A stretch of DNA of 63,182 nt from an uncultured Candidatus Saccharibacteria bacterium (GTDB lineage: Bacteria; Patescibacteriota; UBA1384; DATEAH01; CAYPSR01): NCBI GenBank assembly GCA_964413595.1, contig CAYPSR010000001.1, positions 1-63,182 of the forward strand. Reading direction: 5' to 3'. Shown piece after piece: positions 23,910-33,947 of this stretch (its first letter is position 1; each line of letters opens with the position of its first letter). The translations under genes were made by a program, and so were the position numbers. The notes below the pieces were generated by a model that ran no database searches, was not told where the DNA came from, and worked only from the letters and a program-made list of their open reading frames with translations.

Positions 23910-26732
23910 ATGCCTAATGGGATGATGGTTATGAGAAAAAGAATAAGGGATTTCTTTTCAACTAGAAAAACCAAGTTAAATTGGAAGTTTTGGAAATGGA
24001 AAGGAAGACAATGGTTCAAATTTGTTTTATATGCAATAGGAGCATTTGTTGCAATCATTATTCTAATGGTAGCCTGGTTTTCTAAAGACTTGCCAACTCC
24101 AACAAAACTAAAAAATCTAAAAGCTGTTGAAAGTACTCAGTTTTTTGATAGAAACGGAAACAGACTTTATTCTGCATCTGGAGACAAAATGCGAATTGTT
24201 GTTGAAAGTAAAGATATCCCAGACTTAATGAAACAAGCCACAATCTCTGCTGAAGATAGCCGTTTTTATCAACATCACGGATTAGATTTTAGAGGATTAA
24301 TTAGAGGCACAATTCTTAGGCCCTTGACTGGAAAACGCGTAGAAGGTGGCTCAACTATTACTCAGCAATTTGTAAAAAATGCGCTTTTAAGTCCAAAAAG
24401 AAATGTTATTAGAAAAATAAAAGAAGCAATACTGGCAGTTGAGCTTGAAATATTTTATTCTAAAGATCAAATTCTAACAATGTATTTAAATGAAATTCCA
24501 TACGGTTCAAATGCATATGGAGTTGAGGCTGCTAGCCAAATTTACTTTTCAAAACATATCGGTGAGTTAAATGCATCAGAAATGGCAACACTAGCTGCCC
24601 TACCACAAGCACCAACATATTATTCTCCATATGGGACAAATACCAAGGATCTCTTTGCTAGACGCGACTGGGTTTTAAAACGAATGAACGAATTTGAATA
24701 TTTAAATGGTACACAATTTAAAGAAGCAAAAAAAACAGAAATTGTATTTAAAAGAAAAAAAGAAAACATACTTGCGCCTCATTTTATCATGTACGCAAAA
24801 CAGGCCTTGGTTGAAAAATATGGAGACAGGGTAATTGAAGAAGGCGGATATAAAGTTTATACAACATTAAATATTGGAATACAAAGAAACGCCGAGCAAG
24901 CTATTGCTGATGGCGCTGAAAAAAACCTGGCTAGATACGGGGCAACAAACGCTGCAATGGTGGCGATTGATCCAAAAACCCAAGAAATTTTAGCAATGGT
25001 GGGCTCGAAAGATTATTTTGATTTAGAAAATGATGGAAACGTAAACGTAACAACAGCCGAGCGCTCTCCTGGATCATCATTTAAACCAATTGTTTATGCA
25101 ACTGGTTTTAAAGACAAGTGGAATCCGGCATCAACAATGTTTGATTTAAAAACAGATTTTGGTGGTGGATATATACCACAGAATTATTCAGGAAGCTTTT
25201 GGGGCCCTATGTCTATTAGAGAATCTTTAGGAAATTCTTTAAATATTCCAGCAGTAAAAATGATGGGAATTGCTGGTGTTGATAAAGTAATTGATACTGC
25301 AAAAGACATGGGAATTACAACTTTAGATAAAAAGAATGATTATGGTTTGTCTTTAGCAATTGGTGGCGGATCAACAAAACTCTTGGAAATGACTGGGGCT
25401 TTTGGAGTTTTCGCCAATGGAGGCAAAAAAGCCAATCTCACATCTATTTTGAGAGTCGAGGATGAAAAAGGAAAAACAATATATGAAAACAAGCCAAAAC
25501 AAAAACAAGTTCTTGATGAACAAATAGCATATGAAATTTCAAGCATTTTATCCGATAACAGCTCAAGAGTAAGAACTTTTGGCTCTAACTCAGCCCTAGT
25601 TCTTCCTGGACATATTGCAGCAGCAAAAACCGGTACCTCTCAAAACTACAGAGATGCTCACACCATTGGCTTTACGCCCTCAATCGTTGCTGGAGTTTGG
25701 GTTGGCAATAATGACAATACGCCAATTTCTGGACACGCTGCTGGCTCAATGGCATCGGCTCCTATTTGGCATGAATTTATGATGAGCACTTTATCTGATA
25801 GACCAAACGAAGATTTTGTAAAACCCGAAGGTATTCAAACTGCTACCGTTGATGCTTTAACAGGTCTTTTGCCAACTGGCGATACACCGCTTGGAACAAG
25901 AACCGATATATTTTCATCTTGGCAATTACCAAAAGAAAGAGCTAATATTTATAATAATGTTAAAATTGATAAGTCTTGCGGAGATAAGCTTGCAACCGAT
26001 GATACCCCGACTGATTTAATTGAAGAAAGAACATACGCAAATATACACTCTGAAATGCCGAAAAACCCAAATTGGGAAGGACCAGTTCGAGCCTGGGCTA
26101 ATAACGCAGGCCTTGGATCAATTGCACCGACAGAATACTGTGATGTTCATTCAGCAAACAATAAACCAACAGTCAAAATTACTAATCCAAAATCTTCTCA
26201 GTCTGTAATAGGAGTTACAAAACTAAGTATTTCCGCCTCTGCTCCACTTGGAGTTAATCGAGTTGAATATTCAATTGACGGAGTTATTGTTGGCACTTCA
26301 AAAAGCTCTCCTTATTCGTATAGTTACGATATGGACAAACTATCCTCTGGAGTTCATAGATTATCAGTTCGATTAATAGATAATGGATCGTTTACTGCAA
26401 ATGCTAGCGTTGATTTTACAGTAAATAAAGATACAACAGCACCAGGAGAAATTAGTTGGACAACTGGCGCAACAGGAGCTGGAGCTGGAAAAATTTCGCT
26501 TTCATGGAAAAATCCATCGTCAAGTGATCTTTCAAAAGTGCATATTTATAAAGGAACAAGCGAGCCAACATTATCTGAATCTGCAAATATTGTCGCATCA
26601 GCCAGCAGTAACCAAAGTTATACATTTACCGGACTCTCTCCTGGTCAAATATATTATTTTATGATAAAAACCGAAGACAGCTCTTTAAACATTTCAAACG
26701 GATCATCTATTGTTTCCGTCATTTGCCCCTAA
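23910..26732 (+). CDS. class A penicillin-binding protein (GT51 transglycosylase + transpeptidase) with C-terminal Ig/Fn3-like domains
   Basis: 'EDSRFYQHHG', 'GGSTITQQ', 'SPGSSFKP', 'KTGTS'. The start may be a downstream Met (23931). Confidence 0.92.
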   Translation: MPNGMMVMRKRIRDFFSTRKTKLNWKFWKWKGRQWFKFVLYAIGAFVAIIILMVAWFSKDLPTPTKLKNLKAVESTQFFDRNGNRLYSASGDKMRIVVESKDIPDLMKQATISAEDSRFYQHHGLDFRGLIRGTILRPLTGKRVEGGSTITQQFVKNALLSPKRNVIRKIKEAILAVELEIFYSKDQILTMYLNEIPYGSNAYGVEAASQIYFSKHIGELNASEMATLAALPQAPTYYSPYGTNTKDLFARRDWVLKRMNEFEYLNGTQFKEAKKTEIVFKRKKENILAPHFIMYAKQALVEKYGDRVIEEGGYKVYTTLNIGIQRNAEQAIADGAEKNLARYGATNAAMVAIDPKTQEILAMVGSKDYFDLENDGNVNVTTAERSPGSSFKPIVYATGFKDKWNPASTMFDLKTDFGGGYIPQNYSGSFWGPMSIRESLGNSLNIPAVKMMGIAGVDKVIDTAKDMGITTLDKKNDYGLSLAIGGGSTKLLEMTGAFGVFANGGKKANLTSILRVEDEKGKTIYENKPKQKQVLDEQIAYEISSILSDNSSRVRTFGSNSALVLPGHIAAAKTGTSQNYRDAHTIGFTPSIVAGVWVGNNDNTPISGHAAGSMASAPIWHEFMMSTLSDRPNEDFVKPEGIQTATVDALTGLLPTGDTPLGTRTDIFSSWQLPKERANIYNNVKIDKSCGDKLATDDTPTDLIEERTYANIHSEMPKNPNWEGPVRAWANNAGLGSIAPTEYCDVHSANNKPTVKITNPKSSQSVIGVTKLSISASAPLGVNRVEYSIDGVIVGTSKSSPYSYSYDMDKLSSGVHRLSVRLIDNGSFTANASVDFTVNKDTTAPGEISWTTGATGAGAGKISLSWKNPSSSDLSKVHIYKGTSEPTLSESANIVASASSNQSYTFTGLSPGQIYYFMIKTEDSSLNISNGSSIVSVICP

Positions 26733-27454
26733 GTTCTATTAAAAAACTTTGGTAAAAAAGACCTATCTGCTGGAATTGCAAAAACAATTCTTCCGGCATC
26801 TGTTTGAATAATTTTTTTAACTTTAACTTTTATAGTCTTGCCAATATTTCGGTCACTATTTTCAACAATAATCATTGTTCCATCCTCCAAATAACCTATA
26901 CCCTGGCTTCTTTCTTTCCCAGATTGAATAATTCTCAGCTCAAAAACCTCACCAGGCAAATGAAGAGGTTTAATAGAATTGGAAAGTTCATTAACATTTA
27001 AAACTTGGGTTCCTTCAACGCTTGCAACTTCTGCCAAATTATAATCAACAGTAAAAATTTTGGCGTTTTTGATTTTTGCTAATTTTAATAATTTTTGATC
27101 AACATCACTTACCTCTTTGATGTCTTGGTCCAAAATTTCAATAAATACACTTGATTCTTTTTGAAGTTGTTTTAAAACACTCAAACCTCGTCTTCCTTTT
27201 GATCTTCGCAAAGAATTAGAAGAATCTGCAATATTTTGAAGTTCACTTAGCACAAAACGAAATATTATAAAACGACCAGATAAAAAACCGATTTTAGCTA
27301 ATTCTAATATTCTTCCATCAATTAACGCACTAGTATCAATTAAAACAATATTATCATTATTTTTTGAAAATAACGCCTTTCCAATTCTAAAGCCAATAAA
27401 ATAAAAAATGATAAGAGCTAAAACAAAAATTGAAAATAATATATAACTTTCCAT
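26729..27454 (-). CDS. PIN/TRAM domain protein (YacL-like)
   Basis: N-terminal TM helix, 'VLIDTSALIDGRI' PIN motif, C-terminal TRAM 'GKTIKVKVKKIIQTDAGRIVFA'. Lies downstream of radA, as in Firmicutes. Confidence 0.8.
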   Translation of the reverse strand: MESYILFSIFVLALIIFYFIGFRIGKALFSKNNDNIVLIDTSALIDGRILELAKIGFLSGRFIIFRFVLSELQNIADSSNSLRRSKGRRGLSVLKQLQKESSVFIEILDQDIKEVSDVDQKLLKLAKIKNAKIFTVDYNLAEVASVEGTQVLNVNELSNSIKPLHLPGEVFELRIIQSGKERSQGIGYLEDGTMIIVENSDRNIGKTIKVKVKKIIQTDAGRIVFAIPADRSFLPKFFNRT

Positions 27455-27460
27455 AATAAT

Positions 27461-27503
27461 ATCCTACTAATATTACCAATATTTACGAATATACCAATAT
27501 GAT
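27461..27503. repeat. family E word repeat (taccaat/tacgaat heptamers + cctac) abutting the 27454 start; inverted partner at 27545-27564
   Basis: atcctactaatattaccaatatttacgaatataccaatatg. Minus sense reads ...ATTAGTAGGATATTATT-ATG. Confidence 0.7.
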
Positions 27504-27564
27504 ATATTCTCAATGATTTTTAATCACATTCATATATTGATAAAAATTCGTACTTTTGGTAGAA

Positions 27565-28899
27565 TTAAGACTTCTTTCCAAAAACTTTTACTATTGCTTC
27601 TTTAATATTCCTTACCATTATAACATTTTTCCCGCAATTTCCAAAGGGAGCAATAATTGTTTTAAAACCGAGTTTTTGGGCTTGGCGGATTTGTTTCTCT
27701 ATCATTTTTGGCTGGCGGATTTCTCCGGTAAGACCCACTTCTCCAATTGCAATAATGTTTTTCGGAATTGCCTTTTTCCAAATTGCAGAAACCATAGCTA
27801 TCACAAGCGCCAGATTAATCGAATCATCCTTAGTTTTAATCCCTCCGACAAGATTAAAAAACAAATCATACTTAGATAATTTGTGGTTACTCGTTCCTTC
27901 TAAAACTGCTGACAACAAATTAATTTTATTAATATCAATCCCAGAAGAAACTCTCTTTGGAAATCCAAAACATGATTTAACTGCTAACACTTGGATTTCT
28001 ACAATTATTGGACGATTACCCTCTACAATTGATGACACTGCAACCCCTGGTTCATCTAAAATCTCTTTGTCCATAAAAAGATTTTCCAGATTATTTACTT
28101 CTTCCATGCCTTTATTTGTCATTTTAAAAATTCCGATTTCATCGATTGGACCATATCGATTTTTTACTGACCTAAGTATTCTAACCTGCGATTCTTTTTC
28201 ACCTTCAATATAAAATACCCCGTCAACTAAGTGCTCAAGTGTTTTCGGCCCCGCGACAATACCAGATTTTGTAACATGAGAAGTAATTATAATTGGGGTG
28301 TTAGATTTTTTAGCCAAGTTTTGAAGTTTTAATGAACAAAGTTTAACCTGAACAGGATTACCAGCAGAGGACACATTTGTTGAATCAGAAATTGCCTGAA
28401 TAGAATCAATAATAACTAATTTCGGTTTAGTTTTAATAATTCCCTCGATTGCCTCATTAATGTCTGCGGTTGATAAAAAGCTCGTATTATTATTTATCAA
28501 CCCAAGTCTTTCCCAGCGGGATTTTATTTGATTTAATGATTCTTCGGCCGATATATAAAGACAACCATCAATTTTGTTAGATAATTGAAGTACCAAGGTG
28601 GATTTGCCAATCCCTGGATTTCCAGCAATTAAAGCAATCTCCCCATTTACAATTCCCCCACCAAATACTAAATCTACTTCTGATAATTTCGTAGATATTT
28701 TAAATTCTTTGTCAGATTTAATCTGTGAGATTTTTTGTGGATTTTGATAATTGGACTTGTCACGACTTTGCGATGACAAAGCGGATTCAATGTGCAATTC
28801 TTTGAGTGTATTCCAAGCATTACAGCTATCACATTTTCCCTGCCATTTCTGCGACTCTTCTCCACATTCTTCACAAACATATATTGTAGTATTTTTCAT
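27565..28899 (-). CDS. radA: DNA repair protein RadA/Sms
   Basis: Zn finger 'CEECGEESQKWQGKCDSCNAWNT', Walker A 'GNPGIGKST', 'KNRYGP', Lon-like C-terminus. Confidence 0.93.
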   Translation of the reverse strand: MKNTTIYVCEECGEESQKWQGKCDSCNAWNTLKELHIESALSSQSRDKSNYQNPQKISQIKSDKEFKISTKLSEVDLVFGGGIVNGEIALIAGNPGIGKSTLVLQLSNKIDGCLYISAEESLNQIKSRWERLGLINNNTSFLSTADINEAIEGIIKTKPKLVIIDSIQAISDSTNVSSAGNPVQVKLCSLKLQNLAKKSNTPIIITSHVTKSGIVAGPKTLEHLVDGVFYIEGEKESQVRILRSVKNRYGPIDEIGIFKMTNKGMEEVNNLENLFMDKEILDEPGVAVSSIVEGNRPIIVEIQVLAVKSCFGFPKRVSSGIDINKINLLSAVLEGTSNHKLSKYDLFFNLVGGIKTKDDSINLALVIAMVSAIWKKAIPKNIIAIGEVGLTGEIRQPKMIEKQIRQAQKLGFKTIIAPFGNCGKNVIMVRNIKEAIVKVFGKKS

Positions 28900-29157
28900 A
28901 TATAATTTAATTATCCCGTACTAAACGCGGGATCTATATGATAATTTTAATATTTAATTTCTCAATATTCAATATCTATTTTAGTATAAAACACAACCAA
29001 AGTCGAGGGCTTGCCTAAAAAAATATTCGAGCCTTAAGAGAGACTTTTTGGATCGCAGTCGAGAACTATAAACTTATTTATCTATTTTTATTGACAAATC
29101 AACAATTATACCTTAATATAATTAAGAAAAGAAAAATAATATATTGGAGGTTTTATA

Positions 29158-30249
29158 ATGAAACGAACTGAAGAGGAAGTTCAGCTATATGATACTGGGG
29201 CAGAAGGCCTAATCGCTGGCTCAGAAACAAGAGAACAAATTACACCGCGCAAAGAAGTCGAAACAATTGTAAATTGGGATGTCGTTCTAAAAAATTTAAA
29301 ATTGGCTCAATCAATAGTTGATTATCATTTAAACAACGGGAATAGTGATAACGCACTAGAGGCATTGTATACATTAACAGAAAATAATTCACAGTTTACA
29401 GATCACATGCTCTTGCTCGGTCATGCGGTAAATACCTTTCGGATAACCAACCCGCTTAATGCAATAATTTATTTCAATACCGAGATGGCACATCCATCAT
29501 ACATGGCCCCCCTACCACAAACACTACATGCTAGATTTCATCCCAAAAGACCCATTGCTCCAGAAGATGATGTGAATAACGAAGGATTAACAACTTCTCG
29601 GGTTGAGGGAAAATTGCAAATCCAAGAAAAAGATGGCAGATATTTATTATGTATTAGCGAGGTTCCGGTTGAAAATATTATTGCAATGAGCGACTATGAT
29701 GGAGGCATATGGTCGCAACAAGTTGCAGGTGGACTTAGTCGATCATCTCTTGAAAATTTAGCAGAAGGGGGAGAGGCCGAAGCATCAACTGAACAACTCG
29801 AACAAGAAAAACCCATAGATCCTGAAAAATATTTAGCAGATCTAAAAAAGCTTCAAGAAGATGCAAGACTAACTTTTGATTTATATAAATTTGATGAACA
29901 TATTCCCAGAGACAAAAGAATTCAATATCAAATTAAGGTCGACCAAGTATGTGCATTATTTAATGATGAAGAAAATAGATTAAAACAGGTTTCATTCAAA
30001 ACAAAACTTCTTGAATTGAACGGCCTAGACGAAACAGTTTATGATGGACATTTTCAGCCAAAACGATTAGGATTTACCAATCTTGTAGGAGTTACGGTAA
30101 TCAATGCCATTTTGCATTATACAGGAACTGAAATTATGGAAATGGTTCAAATACATTACCCAAATCTTGAGGAAAGTGAAGACGAAAATAGAAAATATTA
30201 CATCCCGGTCGATACTATTAAGAAAATTGTCGTTGAAGTTGCAAGATAA
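29158..30249 (+). CDS. hypothetical acidic two-module protein, atypical composition (same family as 61140..61928)
   Basis: GGAGG 7 nt upstream. Module ends 'EVPVENIIAMSD' and 'YYIPVDTIKKIVV'. Acidic linker 'AEGGEAEASTEQLEQEK'. Confidence 0.65.
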   Translation: MKRTEEEVQLYDTGAEGLIAGSETREQITPRKEVETIVNWDVVLKNLKLAQSIVDYHLNNGNSDNALEALYTLTENNSQFTDHMLLLGHAVNTFRITNPLNAIIYFNTEMAHPSYMAPLPQTLHARFHPKRPIAPEDDVNNEGLTTSRVEGKLQIQEKDGRYLLCISEVPVENIIAMSDYDGGIWSQQVAGGLSRSSLENLAEGGEAEASTEQLEQEKPIDPEKYLADLKKLQEDARLTFDLYKFDEHIPRDKRIQYQIKVDQVCALFNDEENRLKQVSFKTKLLELNGLDETVYDGHFQPKRLGFTNLVGVTVINAILHYTGTEIMEMVQIHYPNLEESEDENRKYYIPVDTIKKIVVEVAR

Positions 30250-30256
30250 ATGCATT

Positions 30257-30280
30257 GCTATAATTCTATAGAATTATAGC
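30257..30280. repeat. perfect 24-nt palindrome gctataattctatagaattatagc between convergent genes
   Basis: Read directly. Carries TGCTATAAT on both strands. The 22-mer 30253-30274 recurs at 50946-50967. Confidence 0.8.
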
Positions 30281-30318
30281 ATAGATATTATTAATTATGT
30301 ACTATGTAATATGCAAAA

Positions 30319-31989
30319 TTATTCAGTTTTTTTTAGATCTAAAATCTTCAAATCAACATTTTCGCTTCCATTCCAAGCATTGATATCAATATAAAAAACA
30401 ATGTCAATTTTATCGCCAATTGACAGGTCACGGGCGATTTCCTTCATATCAAAACCAATTGCACTAAAAGCCTTTTCAGATCCTAAATCATACAAAAACA
30501 ATTTTAAATGATTTTGTTTTTCACCTAACATTCTCATATCTTTAATCTCAATATTATATGCAACAAAAACAGGCTTAGGATTACCCAAACCATACGGCTC
30601 TAATTTTACAATATCTTTTGCAAGCTTCATATCAATTTTTTTCGGATTAATTTCTAGATCTATTTTAATTTTTGGAATCAAGTCTTTATCGCTTAAAACA
30701 CCATCTGCGATCTCTAAAAGTTTAACATATAGATTTTTAAGATGTTTTTGTTCTAAACTCAAACCAGCTGCCTTGTAGTGCCCGCCATATTTAATTAGGT
30801 ATTTTTAAGTTTTCTCTAATGCTTCAACCATGTGAAAACCATCAATCGATCGAGCCGATCCTTTACTAGTTATACCGTCTGTTGATAAAACTATCGCCGG
30901 GCGCGCATATGCTTCAACGATTTTTCCCGCAACTAATCCAACAACACCTTGTGGCCAATTTCTGCCACTAACAAGTATTAATTTGTTTTTATAGGTTTTT
31001 TCTTTTTCAATGATTTTTAATGCTTTAGACAAGGTTTGTTGCAAAATCTTTTGTCTTTTAAGATTAGCATTATTTAATTTATATGCTAATTGTTCCGCTT
31101 CTTTTTGATCATCGGTTGAAAGAAGTAAAAAACTTTCATTATGCATGTTTAATCTTGCTGGAGCATTTAATCTGGGGCCAATTTGAAATCCAATGGTATA
31201 TGCAGTTATTTCTTCTTGATTTATTTGCGCAACTTCATATAATTTTTTTAATCCTACTCTTTTAGTTTTTCTAAGTGCCATCAGCCCAAATTTTGCAAAT
31301 ACTCTATTTTCCCCAATCAGTGGCACAACATCGCAAATTGTAGAAATTGCAACCAACTCGCTCCACCATTTTAAATCGTTAAGTTCTATATATTGAGGAA
31401 ATTCCTTCTGCAAGGCTTGCACAAACTTATAAACCACCCCACAACCGCAAAGATCTTTAAATGGATATTTACAATTGTTTTGTTTTGGATTTAAAAGTAT
31501 TGCCTTGGGAATTATTTTACCAACTTCATGATGATCGCAGATTAAAAAATCTAGTTTCTCTTGATATTTTTTTATTTCTTTTACATTTTTAGTTCCGTTA
31601 TCAACACAAATAACCAAACCATTGCCCTGATTTATAAACTTTTGAATTATTGTGTTGTTAAGACCATATCCCTCTGCTCTTTTGGCAATATACACGCTAA
31701 CATCAATCCCGAGTTTTTTTAAAGCTTCATAGAGCAAAACCGACCCCGGAATTCCATCGGCGTCATAATCCCCAAAAATAACCACTTTTTGCCTTTTAAT
31801 CATCGCTTGGTTTATTCTAGCAATAGATTTTTTCATATTATTCATTTTATAAGGGTCTTCCATGTCTTCAAAGAATTTTGGATTTAAAAAAGCATCAATG
31901 CCAGCTTCATTGATGCCCCTTGAGATAAGTATTTGTTTAAAAATATTATCTGATTTTTTCTGTGATATTATCCATTGTTTTGTCATCAT
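30319..31989 (-). pseudogene. recJ: single-stranded-DNA exonuclease RecJ interrupted by one in-frame TAA (30805-30807)
   Basis: DHH motifs 'GDYDADGI' and 'CDHH'. The DHHA1 motif 'GGHYKAAG' lies between the TAA and the next start candidate, in the same frame. Confidence 0.8.
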
Positions 31990-32040
31990 ATTTAATTATA
32001 ATTTGTTTTTTCGATTGATTTTTCAACAACCACATTATCC

Positions 32041-32076
32041 TACAGATTTACAGATAAATACAGATATACAGATTAG
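32041..32076. repeat. heptamer word array tacagat x4
   Basis: tacagatttacagataaatacagatatacagat. The same word occurs twice at 22077-22091. Confidence 0.75.
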
Positions 32077-32119
32077 TCTAATTCGTATATTCGTAAAGAT
32101 TGGTAATCTTGGTAGGATT

Positions 32120-32866
32120 TTATTTGTAGTAGACTTTTCCAGGTATTCTCAGATCTAGATATTCTATTGGTTTATTGCCAATTATCTCTAATGCTTTTTT
32201 GGCATCAGCAATTTGTTCCGTAGAACTATACGATGTGTCAAAAATCATATTAAAACCCTTTTCAACATATACCCTAACTTCAAAAATATTTTCCTTAATT
32301 TCTATTTTAGTAATTTTAGTCGATAACGCTGAAGTAACATTTTTTGAAAGATCAACTATAAAAGTTAAAAATGAAGTAGTTAAAACCTTATCTCCTATAC
32401 TAATCGTTTCTGACCTATCATCAATAATTTGTGGTAAACTAGAATCTTTTTTATTGTATTCTCTAAAGGTAACTCCATAATTGTCAACGATATATTTTTT
32501 TTCACCTCTAATCAAAACCGACATTGGTTTTCGTTGTATTATTACAACCTTTAAAGCGTTTGGTGGACTTTTATATATTTTAACCTCTGCAATATTTCTT
32601 ATTTTTTCTTTTATTTGTTTTTCAATTTCAGACGAAGGATAAGCAAAAAGATTAGTATTGTCTTGAATATTACTATTAATAATTTCTAGCAATTCTTTTT
32701 TATAAATACTATCATCTATTAAAACTTGTTTGATTTGAAAAAAGCTACTAAATCTAAAAAACCAAAACAAAAAACCTATTATCAACACAATAAAAATAAC
32801 ACATGTTGTTCTTCTGGGTTTAGTAGTATTGTTTGGAGTTTGATAACGATATCTCATTTTGATCAA
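32120..32866 (-). CDS. ftsQ: FtsQ/DivIB-like cell division protein (TM + POTRA)
   Basis: TM helix 'CVIFIVLIIGFLFWFF' then 'FQIKQVLIDDS'. Position downstream of murB. Confidence 0.6.
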   Translation of the reverse strand: MIKMRYRYQTPNNTTKPRRTTCVIFIVLIIGFLFWFFRFSSFFQIKQVLIDDSIYKKELLEIINSNIQDNTNLFAYPSSEIEKQIKEKIRNIAEVKIYKSPPNALKVVIIQRKPMSVLIRGEKKYIVDNYGVTFREYNKKDSSLPQIIDDRSETISIGDKVLTTSFLTFIVDLSKNVTSALSTKITKIEIKENIFEVRVYVEKGFNMIFDTSYSSTEQIADAKKALEIIGNKPIEYLDLRIPGKVYYK

Positions 32867-32945
32867 TTAATCTAATAATTTTTACAAATTTGTTTTATCG
32901 GCAAAATCAGCAATAATCAGTATATCAGTTGGGCTCATGAATATA

Positions 32946-33947
32946 TTATTTCAAAAAACTAAAGAAGCTTTTTTCTTTTTCGTGCGGGCTTCCAACAACA
33001 ACTATTTCTTTTTCAAGATTTAAGCCTAGTACCTTCTTAGCATTCGTCTGCATTTCATTTATTAATGTCAAATAATCAGAAGAATTTCCCTTCCCTGTAT
33101 TAATTAAAAAATTTGCATGTTTTTCAGAAACCACTATTTTTCCAAGTTTTTTCCCTCTATAACCCAACTTGTCTAAAACCAATCCAGCAGGAATAACTCC
33201 ATTAATAATATAAGTTTTGGTGTCTTTGGGAATATTTTCAGTTTCTATAACATTTTTAAAAGTTGATCCAGCAGACAATCCAGCGGGCTGTTTTTGCCTA
33301 CGCATTTTAATATAATTAGATATAATTCTTAGTATTCCTTCTTTAGTATTTTGAGTTGTTTTTAATTGTACATTTAAGATAATGGGTGGGAAATCAGGGT
33401 TGTCAATAACGGCATCTTTAATTAATGACCCACGATAGCAAAAACCAATCTCTTCTTTTGAAAATTTTTTCACCTTTCCATCTCGTCCTAATACAGTAAC
33501 ATTTAGCACCACATCAGCCATGTTTTTCCCCCATGCACCCGCATTTCCATTCACTGCTCCACCAATTGTCCCAGGAATCCCAGCCAAAAACTCTAACCCT
33601 CCCATATTACTTTCTGCTAGTTTTTTAAGCATTACGGAAATTGGAAGACCACTATCACAAACTACAATATTTGACTGGTGCACTAAATTTGCTGACTCAT
33701 TTTTAATAACCAAACCATTAAATCCAGTATCTGCAACCAACACATTGCTTCCCCCGCCCAAAACAAAATATGAACATTTAAATTCTTGAGCTTTTTTAGC
33801 CAACCAAACTAAATCTTCTATGTTTCGGACAATAACAAAATACCTCGCCTTACCGCCTATTTTTAAAGTCGTATATTTTGAGAGTGGTTCAGTTTGCTTA
33901 AAATCACTCGTAAACTTTTTTTCTAATACTAATTCAAATTCTTTCAT
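32946..33947 (-). CDS. murB: UDP-N-acetylenolpyruvoylglucosamine reductase
   Basis: 'YTTLKIGGKARYF', 'VLGGGSNVL', 'AGSTFKN'. Confidence 0.92.
   Translation of the reverse strand: MKEFELVLEKKFTSDFKQTEPLSKYTTLKIGGKARYFVIVRNIEDLVWLAKKAQEFKCSYFVLGGGSNVLVADTGFNGLVIKNESANLVHQSNIVVCDSGLPISVMLKKLAESNMGGLEFLAGIPGTIGGAVNGNAGAWGKNMADVVLNVTVLGRDGKVKKFSKEEIGFCYRGSLIKDAVIDNPDFPPIILNVQLKTTQNTKEGILRIISNYIKMRRQKQPAGLSAGSTFKNVIETENIPKDTKTYIINGVIPAGLVLDKLGYRGKKLGKIVVSEKHANFLINTGKGNSSDYLTLINEMQTNAKKVLGLNLEKEIVVVGSPHEKEKSFFSFLK

Noticed and set aside
32041-32076. CRISPR array or CRISPR remnants among the heptamer word arrays (also 27474, 38081, 45858, 45381)
   Set aside because: The repeat unit is only 7-9 nt, there are no unique spacers of 25-40 nt, and no cas genes are present.
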